In this document: positions 57,101 through 64,000 of the stretch, piece by piece
Layout of the letters: each line of letters begins with the position of its first letter
How positions within the stretch are numbered: position 1 is the first letter of the stretch
Source of the DNA: an uncultured Gemmatimonadales bacterium
Lineage (GTDB): Bacteria; Gemmatimonadota; Gemmatimonadetes; Gemmatimonadales; Gemmatimonadaceae
DNA: 64,000 nt
Assembly (NCBI GenBank): GCA_963851265.1
Contig: CAWKNZ010000002.1
Span: 992,001 to 1,056,000, forward strand
Direction of reading: 5' to 3'
Notes under the pieces: generated by a model
Told to the model about the DNA's origin: nothing
Database searches by the model: none
What the model saw: only the letters and a program-made list of their open reading frames with translations
Made by a program: the position numbers and the translations under genes

Positions 57101-57444
57101 ACGCGCGCAACAACCCGGTCGGCAACGCGACGCAGCTCGGGTCGACCGTCCGCGGCTCGTCGATCTTCATCGCGCCCCCGCAGCGGTCGCTGTCGCTCAG
57201 TACCGGGTTCCACATCACGCAGAAATGGGCGGCGACGTGGCAGACGCTGTACGACGCGGAGCGCAAGCAGTTCGCGAGCAACACGGTCTCGCTGCAGCGC
57301 GAGCTGCACGACTGGCGCGCGAGCTTCAACTTCACGCAGTCGCCGAACGGGAACTTCGCCTTCTCGTTCAACATCGCGCTGAAGGCCGAGCCCGACCTCA
57401 AGTTCGACTACAACCGGCAGACCGTGCGCGGCGCGGTGCCCTGA
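54136..57444 (+). CDS. lptD: LPS-assembly outer-membrane protein, LptD-like
   Basis: Signal peptide, TSC...PHYHF, PVLWLPF, SGLL.P pattern, beta-strand-rich barrel ending RELHDW...FSFNIAL. The likely start is GTG 54136 within the track ORF 52495..57444. Confidence 0.82.
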   Translation: MTETHSRGTLAPARSRADAARGCAVAVIVVVACGSAPGALAAQQPSAVPVPPRVPRAAAARDSSLPRDTTVRDTSVRALVARDTVGRRDSTRRAPRDSTGRDTSLFVFAPEDSIIKALRARPNYNVVRYQGDTVRFGARDHVLTLRGKPSAVERDKALLVGPTIRYDDSTQVVTASADSAGRDSVVLRDPTQGSDVVVRTSVRYDLNERRGIVRGFSTSATQGETWYVVGGTGAIAAADSLTTPNVPRGAEGQRVFYAHDASVTSCNEERPHYHFVARDVKMVSKRLLVIRPATLYIGDVPVLWLPFVYQDTRPGPRSGLLRPVFGPAELLRNSPTYQRSVRHFGYYTAINDYADASTWIDYRSGARPGGFYGFGEFTVNAETRYRSIDRQLSGDLAIKRTSLSNGQRSFDVYFNHQQQFTQDRNLRASINYSQNTTIQRINQFDPNAVLGSIRSNASYSDRFGPVSASVSAAATEYAGRPDRQLDFPTLTLNSRTISVTPWLDWTPTLSLNNSQQFKILNPGAYSYNYSVNAAGTVDSTRINASTRQTTLAFGTPIKIFGFQISLPINYNEQVTSAPTRLQIYTNIRDTSSRQFRTFNQTFNSNFDVQPSISLPAAFQGTWNLSPNVNLVNVDQGGLFYRSQYTGGRYVSGAKRFTYGLTATPTLYAFLPGFGPIERIRNSINPTLSYTYSPTKTVSDEYLSAIGAARQTYLGSLKQNRVTLGFSTNFEAKMRARPVSPVTPGPAPEAGVGTVGVTAGASPASPPASDSTSANAALAGGPPIPNAPVIPTSGGSANAEQRKVKLLSLQFSSISYDFARADSTGRGFVDPSFSYTATTDLIPGFTFRSDYSLYRGDPTADTAVFKPYRTGTSVTFQLDRNSAVFGALSRLFGLRSGNTAPVPSPTQNTAEQVAGGDPFFGRNAVASRVAGSAPYDARNTLAPQNFTMSVTYTESRQRPDIVGATQLLNPAAQCVGYAGLAFAYDQCVLNARNNPVGNATQLGSTVRGSSIFIAPPQRSLSLSTGFHITQKWAATWQTLYDAERKQFASNTVSLQRELHDWRASFNFTQSPNGNFAFSFNIALKAEPDLKFDYNRQTVRGAVP

Positions 57445-57499
57445 GGCGATGCGCCGAGGCGGGGCGCGGCTTCGGGGCGGGTCGACTACACTCCGCCCC

Positions 57500-58489
57500 A
57501 TGCTCTCGGCCCGCTTCAAGCCGTACCACGTCCCGCTGTTCATCGCGAAGTACGCGTACCTCAAGGCCCGGCGCCGGCCGGTACTCGTGCACTTCGAGGT
57601 GACCGAACGGTGCAACGCGCGTTGCGGGTTCTGCGACTACTGGAAGACGCCGGCGGCGGCCCGCGATGCGGAGTTGGCGAGCTTCGTCGATGCGGCGCGC
57701 TTCTTCGACCCGATGCTCGTCACCTGGACGGGGGGCGAGCCGCTGCTTCGGCGCGACCTCGAACGTCTCGTCGCGGGCGTCGGGGCGGCGGTGCGGCTCA
57801 AGTACGTCACCCTGATCACGCACGGCGGACTGTTGAACGTCGAGCGCGCGCGGTCGTTGTGGGACGCGGGCGTGCACCAGTTCAACATCTCGCTCGACTA
57901 CCTCGATGCTCGGCACGATGAAGCGCGCGGCATCCCCGGGCTCTCGGCGAAGATCCTGCGCACGGTGCCCGCGATGCGGGAGGCCGGGATCGACAACGTC
58001 CGGTTCAACACCGTCATCAAGGACGACAACCTCGACGCGATCCTGCCGATCGTGCGGACGGCCGAGGAGCTCGGGTGCGGCGTGAACCTGAGCGTCTACA
58101 CCGACGCGAAGAACGGGAACCGCGAGCACCTGGTCGCCGACGACCGGCACGCGGCGGTCGACGCGCTGGTGGCGGAGTTGCTCGCCTTCAAGCGGCGGCG
58201 GCGCGGCGTCATCACGAACTCGGACTACTACCTCGAACAGTTGCCCCGCTACGTGCGGGGCGAGATGCGCGAGCCCTGTCGGTCCGGGCGCGACACCGTG
58301 CACATCAACCCGACCGGGCACGTCCGGCGGTGCCCGGACTTCCCGGCCGACGGCCACTGGTCCACGTACCGAGGCTACGACCCGATCGCGTGCAACGCGT
58401 GCTACTACGCCTGCCGTGGTGAAGCGCAGGCCCCGCTCCGCCTTTCGCGCGTCGCCGACGTGATGGGATCGACCGCGCACCGCGCGTGA
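57500..58489 (+). CDS. Radical SAM protein with a SPASM/twitch-like C-terminal domain
   Basis: CNARCGFC, GGEPLLR, ISLD, then C..G...INPTG.V..CP and CNACYYAC. Confidence 0.92.
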   Translation: MLSARFKPYHVPLFIAKYAYLKARRRPVLVHFEVTERCNARCGFCDYWKTPAAARDAELASFVDAARFFDPMLVTWTGGEPLLRRDLERLVAGVGAAVRLKYVTLITHGGLLNVERARSLWDAGVHQFNISLDYLDARHDEARGIPGLSAKILRTVPAMREAGIDNVRFNTVIKDDNLDAILPIVRTAEELGCGVNLSVYTDAKNGNREHLVADDRHAAVDALVAELLAFKRRRRGVITNSDYYLEQLPRYVRGEMREPCRSGRDTVHINPTGHVRRCPDFPADGHWSTYRGYDPIACNACYYACRGEAQAPLRLSRVADVMGSTAHRA

Positions 58490-58497
58490 GCGGCGTG

Positions 58498-58539
58498 GCG
58501 TCGGTGGGCGGGCTGAGAGGATGCCCACGCTGACGTTTT
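58498..58539 (+). terminator. Possible intrinsic terminator after the radical SAM gene
   Basis: Bulged stem gcgtcg-gtgggc / gcccac-tgacgt followed by TTT. Confidence 0.4.
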
Positions 58540-58746
58540 GGCGGGCGACGCGTCCTGCGAGGGACGGGCGTGCGGCGCCGCGCGGGAACCGCGGCCACGC
58601 TGCCTGCGCTTGCCTGTGGTCGCGTCCGACGCGGACGAGGGCGGCGCGGCGGCTCGCTTGTCCGTGATTTCAGCGAGGGGTAGTATTCGCGGCGCCCGCC
58701 CCCGACGCCGCGGTGCCCCTCCTCCCTCGGAGCTCCGCACCCGGTG

Positions 58747-60591
58747 ATGTCCGCCCTCGCAAAGATCAAGAAAGCCGCGGCTCAACACGAACAGGATCGC
58801 CACTACGACAAGGCGCTCGCGCAGTACGCGCGCCTGCTCGACGGCGCAGCCGATGCGGACGAGGACGTCGATGTCACGCTCTACAACCGGGCGGGTGACC
58901 TGGCGTTGCGCGCGGGCGACGTGCCGCGCGCGGTTACGTATTTCGAGCGTGCGATCGACCTGTACGCGGCGGGCGGATTCCTGAACAACGCCGTCGCGCT
59001 CGCGGTCAAGATCCTTCGCCACGCGCCGGGGCACCTCGCCGCCCACCACACGCTCGGTGTCCTGTACGGGCGGAAGGGATTTCGGGCGGAAGCACGGCAG
59101 CACCTGGCCGACTACGCGGCCCAGATGCACCGCGCGGGGCGCGCGGACGAGGTCCGTCGCACGCTCGGCGAGTTGGCGGCGCTCGGGTCGGGGGCCGACG
59201 AGGTCGCGGCGGTCGGCGAGCTGCTGACAGCGCGCGCTGCGACGCCGGACGATGCCGGCGCGCTCGTCAAGGCTTTTGCCGCGGCCGTCGGTGTCCAGGA
59301 ACCTCGCGCAGCCGCTGACGCAGCGCCCGCCGCGGGAATCCCGCTGTCCGAGCTCATCGAGTTCGAGATCCGCGGCCCGCGCCTCGCGCCCGTGTCGGCG
59401 GATGCGGCGTCCGCCGCGGTTCGCTGGCTGACCGCGCTCCCGGGCGACCCGGCGCCGCTGCGCGTTTCGACGCTGCGCAGGACTGCTCCCCCGCGCGAGC
59501 TCGAGTTCTCGTCGTTTGCTCCACCCGCTCCGGTGGGCGCGGATGAAGGCTCGAGTCAGCTGGCGCTGCTCGATCTGACCGGGTTCGAGCCAACCCCGGA
59601 TGCGCCGACGCGAGCGGACGCGTTCGACCCGACCGGATTCGCGTTGGGCGATGGTGACCCCCACGCGCCCGCACACGAATCGCGCGACTTCGCCGCGACG
59701 GTGCTTGCAACGTCTGGTTTCGAGGTCGGCGGGTTCGACGTCGGAGGGATCGACGTCCCGATGTTCGACGCGCCGGTCACTCCGACGTCCCCGCTCACGG
59801 GCCCTACCCGCGCGGCGCCGCTCTTCGACGCGCCCGAGATCGACATGGTCCCGGTCGGCGCGGAGTTGCCGGCGGAGGTCGAGTCGCCGCACTTCGATCT
59901 GCTGGAGCCCGAAGCGGCCCAACTCGCGACCCGAACGACCGACGACGAAACGGCCGCCCTCGGCGTCGTGATGCTCGACGTCGAACCGGCCACGACAACG
60001 CCCGCGCCGGCTCCCGCCTACGTCGCGCCGGAACGCGACGCGCCGACTGACCTCGGCGAGTGGCTGCGGAGCACGGAATTGCCCGCGTCTACCCGGCTCG
60101 TCACGCAGGCCCCGCGCGAGACCGGGGACGAGGATGCCGACTTCGACGCGGCGTTGCACGCGTTCACCTCTGGCCTCGCGCAGGCGGTGGACGCCGGCGA
60201 CCGCGAGAGCCACTACGACCTCGGCGTGGCGTTCCGCGAGATGGGGCTGCTGACCGACGCGGTGCGCGAGTTTCAGCGCGCGCTCGCTGCCCCGGGTAGC
60301 GGGCTCCGCGAGCGTGAAGCGCTCGCCCAGTGCTTCCTCGACCTGAACCGCCCGGAGCTGGCCCTCGCGACGTTGGAGCCGGCCGCCGACGCTGCGGCTG
60401 CGGCCGGCGTCCCGCCCGAAACGCTCGTCGGCGTGCACTACGTGCTCGCCGAAGCCGCACGCGCGGTCGGGCGAGTCGACGTGGCGCGCGCGTGGTACGT
60501 CCGTGTGCTCGCTACCGATTACGGTTTTCGCGACGCGGCGACCCACCTGGCCGCGCTGCCACCGCCGATTCAGCGCGCCCCGTCCCGATGA
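58747..60591 (+). CDS. TPR protein with an acidic low-complexity linker and C-terminal TPRs
   Basis: N-terminal TPR helices, Pro/Asp/Phe-rich middle, C-terminal SHYDLGVAFREMGL..DAVREFQ. Confidence 0.8.
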   Translation: MSALAKIKKAAAQHEQDRHYDKALAQYARLLDGAADADEDVDVTLYNRAGDLALRAGDVPRAVTYFERAIDLYAAGGFLNNAVALAVKILRHAPGHLAAHHTLGVLYGRKGFRAEARQHLADYAAQMHRAGRADEVRRTLGELAALGSGADEVAAVGELLTARAATPDDAGALVKAFAAAVGVQEPRAAADAAPAAGIPLSELIEFEIRGPRLAPVSADAASAAVRWLTALPGDPAPLRVSTLRRTAPPRELEFSSFAPPAPVGADEGSSQLALLDLTGFEPTPDAPTRADAFDPTGFALGDGDPHAPAHESRDFAATVLATSGFEVGGFDVGGIDVPMFDAPVTPTSPLTGPTRAAPLFDAPEIDMVPVGAELPAEVESPHFDLLEPEAAQLATRTTDDETAALGVVMLDVEPATTTPAPAPAYVAPERDAPTDLGEWLRSTELPASTRLVTQAPRETGDEDADFDAALHAFTSGLAQAVDAGDRESHYDLGVAFREMGLLTDAVREFQRALAAPGSGLREREALAQCFLDLNRPELALATLEPAADAAAAAGVPPETLVGVHYVLAEAARAVGRVDVARAWYVRVLATDYGFRDAATHLAALPPPIQRAPSR

Positions 60592-61604
60592 CGTCTGGAG
60601 CGTTCGCTCGCGGGCCGTCGACGCGCACGACCGTCGTGACCTTGCAAGACGTGCAGGCGCCGATCCGCGCCTCGCTCGACCGCGTGGTCGACGAACTCGG
60701 GCGCATCCTCGCGACGGACGACGTGGTCGCGGCGGAAGTGACGTCGCATCTCGCCGCGTTGCGGGGCAAGCTGTTCCGTCCCACGCTACTGCTGCTCGCG
60801 AGCGGCGTGATGGACCGGCCGGAGGCGCGTGCGGTGTCGGTCGCGGCGGCGCTCGAAGTGTTGCACCTCGCGAGCCTCGTGCACGACGACGCGGTCGATC
60901 ACTCGGTGATGCGCCGCGGCATGCCGACGATCAATGCCCTGTTCAGTCACCAGACCGCGGTGCTGATGGGCGACCTGCTCTACGCACGCGCGCTCACCGA
61001 ACTCGTGCGGCTGGGCGATTGGGACGTCGCGCGGGTGTTCGCCGACGTGTCCACGCGGATGACCGTCGGCGAACTTCGCCAACTCGGCGCGGCCGACGCG
61101 CTCGCGTTCAGCGAAGCCGACTACGACCAGTTGATTCGCGCCAAGACGGCCTCGCTGTTCCGGGCCGCGTGCGACCTCGGCGCGCTCTGCGGCGCTCCCG
61201 CCTTCCGTGGTCAGCTCGCGCGGTACGGCGAGCGACTCGGGATGCTGTTCCAAGTCATCGACGACCTGCTGGACTATACCGAAGTGCAGGAAGTCACTGG
61301 GAAGCCGAGCGGTCTCGATCTACGCGAACACAAGGTGACGTTGCCGCTCATCGCGGCGCTCCCGGCCCTCGACCGGGCCGGACGGCGGCGCGTCGACGAG
61401 CTCTTCACGGCCGCGGATCCGGATGATCAGCTCGTGGCGGAGGTCGTGGCACTCGTCGCGCAACACGGCGGGCTGGATTACGCGCGCCGACGAGTCGATC
61501 GCCTCGCCGCGGAGGCCGAGGACGCGCTCGTGACGCTGCCCGACACCGCCGCGCGTGCGGCACTTGCCGACGCGATCGCCTACGCTCAGGAGCGTCGCTC
61601 CTGA
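60588..61604 (+). CDS. Long-chain polyprenyl diphosphate synthase (IspB/HepT-like)
   Basis: GKLFRP, LVHDDAVD..RRG, KTASLF, FQVIDDLLD, GKP; ATGA overlap with the TPR gene. Confidence 0.93.
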   Translation: MTSGAFARGPSTRTTVVTLQDVQAPIRASLDRVVDELGRILATDDVVAAEVTSHLAALRGKLFRPTLLLLASGVMDRPEARAVSVAAALEVLHLASLVHDDAVDHSVMRRGMPTINALFSHQTAVLMGDLLYARALTELVRLGDWDVARVFADVSTRMTVGELRQLGAADALAFSEADYDQLIRAKTASLFRAACDLGALCGAPAFRGQLARYGERLGMLFQVIDDLLDYTEVQEVTGKPSGLDLREHKVTLPLIAALPALDRAGRRRVDELFTAADPDDQLVAEVVALVAQHGGLDYARRRVDRLAAEAEDALVTLPDTAARAALADAIAYAQERRS

Positions 61605-61638
61605 GCGCCATCCCGCCACCGCTCGAGTTCGTTCCGTC

Positions 61639-61917
61639 ATGTCGCCCCGCACATCGTCCCGGCCGTCGCGATTCTACGTCATCGTTCTCGCGACGGGGTT
61701 CATCGCCGGTGGCGTCCTGACGCAGGTCGCGCGGCTGTTCATGCCCCCCGGCGCTGTGAAGCAATTCTTGACGACCGGCGTGACACCGTCGGTCGGCCCG
61801 CTGCAGATCGATCTCGTTATCTTGAAGTTCGCCGTTGGGCCCGTCGCGCTCGATGTGTCGTTGCTGAGTCTCGTGGGCGTCCTGCTCGCGTACCTGATCG
61901 CGCGGTCCCTCTTCTGA
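61639..61917 (+). CDS. Small membrane protein, DUF4321-like
   Basis: Hydrophobic helix, IDLVILKFAVG strand pattern, second hydrophobic helix. Confidence 0.7.
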   Translation: MSPRTSSRPSRFYVIVLATGFIAGGVLTQVARLFMPPGAVKQFLTTGVTPSVGPLQIDLVILKFAVGPVALDVSLLSLVGVLLAYLIARSLF

Positions 61918-61966
61918 CGCCGCGCCGGCTCGGCCGCACGGCCGCGGCGATCACGATCGGAGGCGC

Positions 61967-62284
61967 ATGTTAGGAAATCTGGGGCTCGGCGAGATTCTGA
62001 TCATCCTGGTGATGATCCTGGTGCTGTTCGGGCCCAAGAAGATCCCCGAGCTCGCCGGCACGGTCGGCCGCTACGTCAACCAGTTCCGGCGGCAGATGCA
62101 GGAGGCGCAGCGCGCAGTCATCGACCCGCTACGCGCCGACCTGACGGGCGGCACTCCGCCCGACGGTGGCTACCCGCCGAACGGGTACACGAATGCGCCG
62201 CCGTACGTCCCGCCGCCATACGCGCCCGTCCCGCTCACCGAGGAAGAAGAGCGAGCGCGCCAGCCGAAGCGGTTGCTCGACTGA
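61967..62284 (+). CDS. TatA/TatB family subunit
   Basis: LGLGEILIILVMILVLFGPKKIPELA; GGAGG upstream. Confidence 0.92.
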   Translation: MLGNLGLGEILIILVMILVLFGPKKIPELAGTVGRYVNQFRRQMQEAQRAVIDPLRADLTGGTPPDGGYPPNGYTNAPPYVPPPYAPVPLTEEEERARQPKRLLD

Positions 62285-62330
62285 CGCGCGGGGTAACGCC
62301 GGGCCGGCGACGCGCCGGCCCGGCGCTCGG

Positions 62331-64000
62331 TCAGCCGTTGGCCTGTCGCCGCTGCGCGGCCTCGACCTCGGCGCGGCGGTCGTCGATCTTCGCCGTCGAG
62401 CGCAGGTCGGCGAGGAATTCGCGCACGCGGGCCTGGCGGAGTGCCTGTGCGACCTGCTGGCGCTGTACGGCCTTCTGCGCCTGCCACGCGCCCTTGTCGG
62501 CAGCGACGCGACGGTCCACGCGCAACACGTACACGCCGTCGCGCGACGTGACCGGGGCGGTGAGCGTCCCCTGCGGCACGCCGAACGCGGCCCCGATAGC
62601 CTCGGTGTACTGACCGAGCCCCGGCACGAGCATCCCGCGGGTGAACGGACCGGCGTGCTGCACGGCAAGGTGCTGTGCCGCGGCGGCCTGCTCGAGCGTC
62701 GACGTCGCGGCCGCCTGCCGGAGTTGCTGCGCGCGCGGCACGAGGGCTTGGAGCTTCTTGTCCGTGAGCAGGCGCTGCTGAATCTCCCCGCGTACTTCAG
62801 CCAGCGGCTGCGGCCCGCCCGGGGTAAGCGAGTCGAGCCGCGCGAGGTAGTACGCGTCGGGTGCGTCGAACAGCTCGCTCGTTTCGCCCGGATGCACCCC
62901 GCCGAACGCCCACGCGCTCACGCTCGGGACCGGGCGGCCGTTCACACTGAGGGGCTGGTTGGCGAACACGGGCACGCGCCGGGGCGTGAGGCCGAAGCGC
63001 TTCGCGGCCGCGTCGAACTTGCGCGGGTCGTCACTGGACCCCGCCGCGCTCGCGAGCGCATCGGCCTCGCGGTCCACGAGCTTGGCGTTCGAATCGCTCT
63101 GTGCGATCGGGATCAGGATGTGCCGCAGCGCGAGTGTGTCGCCCTTACGCTCGTCGACGCGGATGATGTGATAGCCGAACTGTGTGGCAACGGGCTCCGA
63201 AATCTGACCCGGCTGCAGCGCGTAGGCGGCCCGTTCGAACTCCGGCACGAAACGTCCACGCCCGCCGCGCCCGAGCGCGCCGCCCTGTGCCGCGGAGCCC
63301 GAGTCGGAACTCTCGCGCTTCGCGACGTCCTCGAACTTGGCACCGCCCACGAGTTCCGCGCGGATGCGGAGCGCGCGATCGCGCGCCGCGGCGCTGTCCT
63401 GCGCCGTGATCGCGCGCGGGAGCGTGAGCAGCGAAACCAGGGCGCGCCCGGGCCGTTCGAACGTCTTGCGGTGCGCGTCGTAGTACGCCTGCACCTCGGC
63501 CGGACTCACCGAGACGGCGTTGTCGGCGACGAGGTCGGGGCGGAACACCACGTAGGACACCTGCGCCGAGTCGTGCTCATCCTGGTAGAGCTGCCAGAGC
63601 CGGGCGTCGGACGCGTATGCGCCGCTCGCGACCTCGTCCAGCAGCTTCTCGCGCGGGATCCCGGTGCGGTAGTAAGCCTCAAGTTGAAGCAGGAGTCCCC
63701 CTCCGCGAGCGGTCGGGCTCGAGAGGAAGCGGCGGTACTTTTCGGGGTCGAACTGCCCGTTTGTCTGCAACTCCGGGCTGTCCCGCAGCTCCGGCGGGGG
63801 CTGGTTCTGCGCCGCGGCCCGGATCTCGTCGTCGGTCACGCCGATGTTGCGCTTCGCGATTTCCTGCGAGACGAGGCGATCGCCGATCATCTGATCGAAC
63901 GTCGCCTGCTCGACCTCGCGGCGCTCGTCGAGCGTCAGGGCGCGGCCGAGGCGCTGGCTTTCCTGTTGCGCACGGGCCTCGACGGCGCGAAGGTAGTCGG
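62331..64000 (-). CDS. PpiD/SurA-like peptidyl-prolyl isomerase chaperone (5' end lies outside the window)
   Basis: Parvulin motifs FEDVAKRESSD..SAAQGGALG, VPEFERAA, PVATQFGYHII; frame stays open to the window edge. Confidence 0.9.
   Translation of the reverse strand, partial: DYLRAVEARAQQESQRLGRALTLDERREVEQATFDQMIGDRLVSQEIAKRNIGVTDDEIRAAAQNQPPPELRDSPELQTNGQFDPEKYRRFLSSPTARGGGLLLQLEAYYRTGIPREKLLDEVASGAYASDARLWQLYQDEHDSAQVSYVVFRPDLVADNAVSVSPAEVQAYYDAHRKTFERPGRALVSLLTLPRAITAQDSAAARDRALRIRAELVGGAKFEDVAKRESSDSGSAAQGGALGRGGRGRFVPEFERAAYALQPGQISEPVATQFGYHIIRVDERKGDTLALRHILIPIAQSDSNAKLVDREADALASAAGSSDDPRKFDAAAKRFGLTPRRVPVFANQPLSVNGRPVPSVSAWAFGGVHPGETSELFDAPDAYYLARLDSLTPGGPQPLAEVRGEIQQRLLTDKKLQALVPRAQQLRQAAATSTLEQAAAAQHLAVQHAGPFTRGMLVPGLGQYTEAIGAAFGVPQGTLTAPVTSRDGVYVLRVDRRVAADKGAWQAQKAVQRQQVAQALRQARVREFLADLRSTAKIDDRRAEVEAAQRRQANG

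Noticed and set aside
58504..58566. TPP-riboswitch-like words (GGCTGAGA ... GCGAGGGA)
   Set aside because: The ACCTGA and TAAT core elements are missing and no thiamine gene follows; the words fit a terminator-like stem and a GNRA hairpin.

Overview
A very GC-rich bacterial chromosome segment made almost entirely of core genes on the + strand. The only minus-strand features are tRNA-Leu(CAG) and a truncated PpiD/SurA-like gene at the right edge. Gene content and protein style suggest a diderm of the Gemmatimonadota, but this is inference, not a database result. In order, it carries: PIP synthase-ino1; a 2-oxoacid dehydrogenase E1a/E1b/E2 cluster; a PEP-CTERM protein; trxB, aspA, an Rrf2 regulator, smpB, an amidase and pyrDF; the rpmJ-rpsMKD-rpoA-rplQ-rpmB operon; gmd/rmd, carB and a WbpD/B/E/A-like diamino-uronate pathway; bamD, nadD, secA, radC, rel, uvrB, tsaE/tsaB/rimI and ssb; a full tol-pal-cpoB cluster; tatC, lptD, a radical SAM enzyme, a TPR protein, a polyprenyl synthase and tatA/B. 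I see no mobile element, CRISPR array or defence island. Three signals are not explained by the genes. (1) A 310-nt structured spacer between rpsD and rpoA has two hairpins with perfectly complementary 7-nt loops, a candidate kissing-loop cis-regulatory RNA. (2) A dispersed non-palindromic heptamer, GTTAGGC (13 copies counted by eye), accounts for most of the rare TTA codons in core genes. (3) Several genes have a -10 box directly before the start codon, suggesting leaderless mRNAs. All counts and base-pairings were done by eye.
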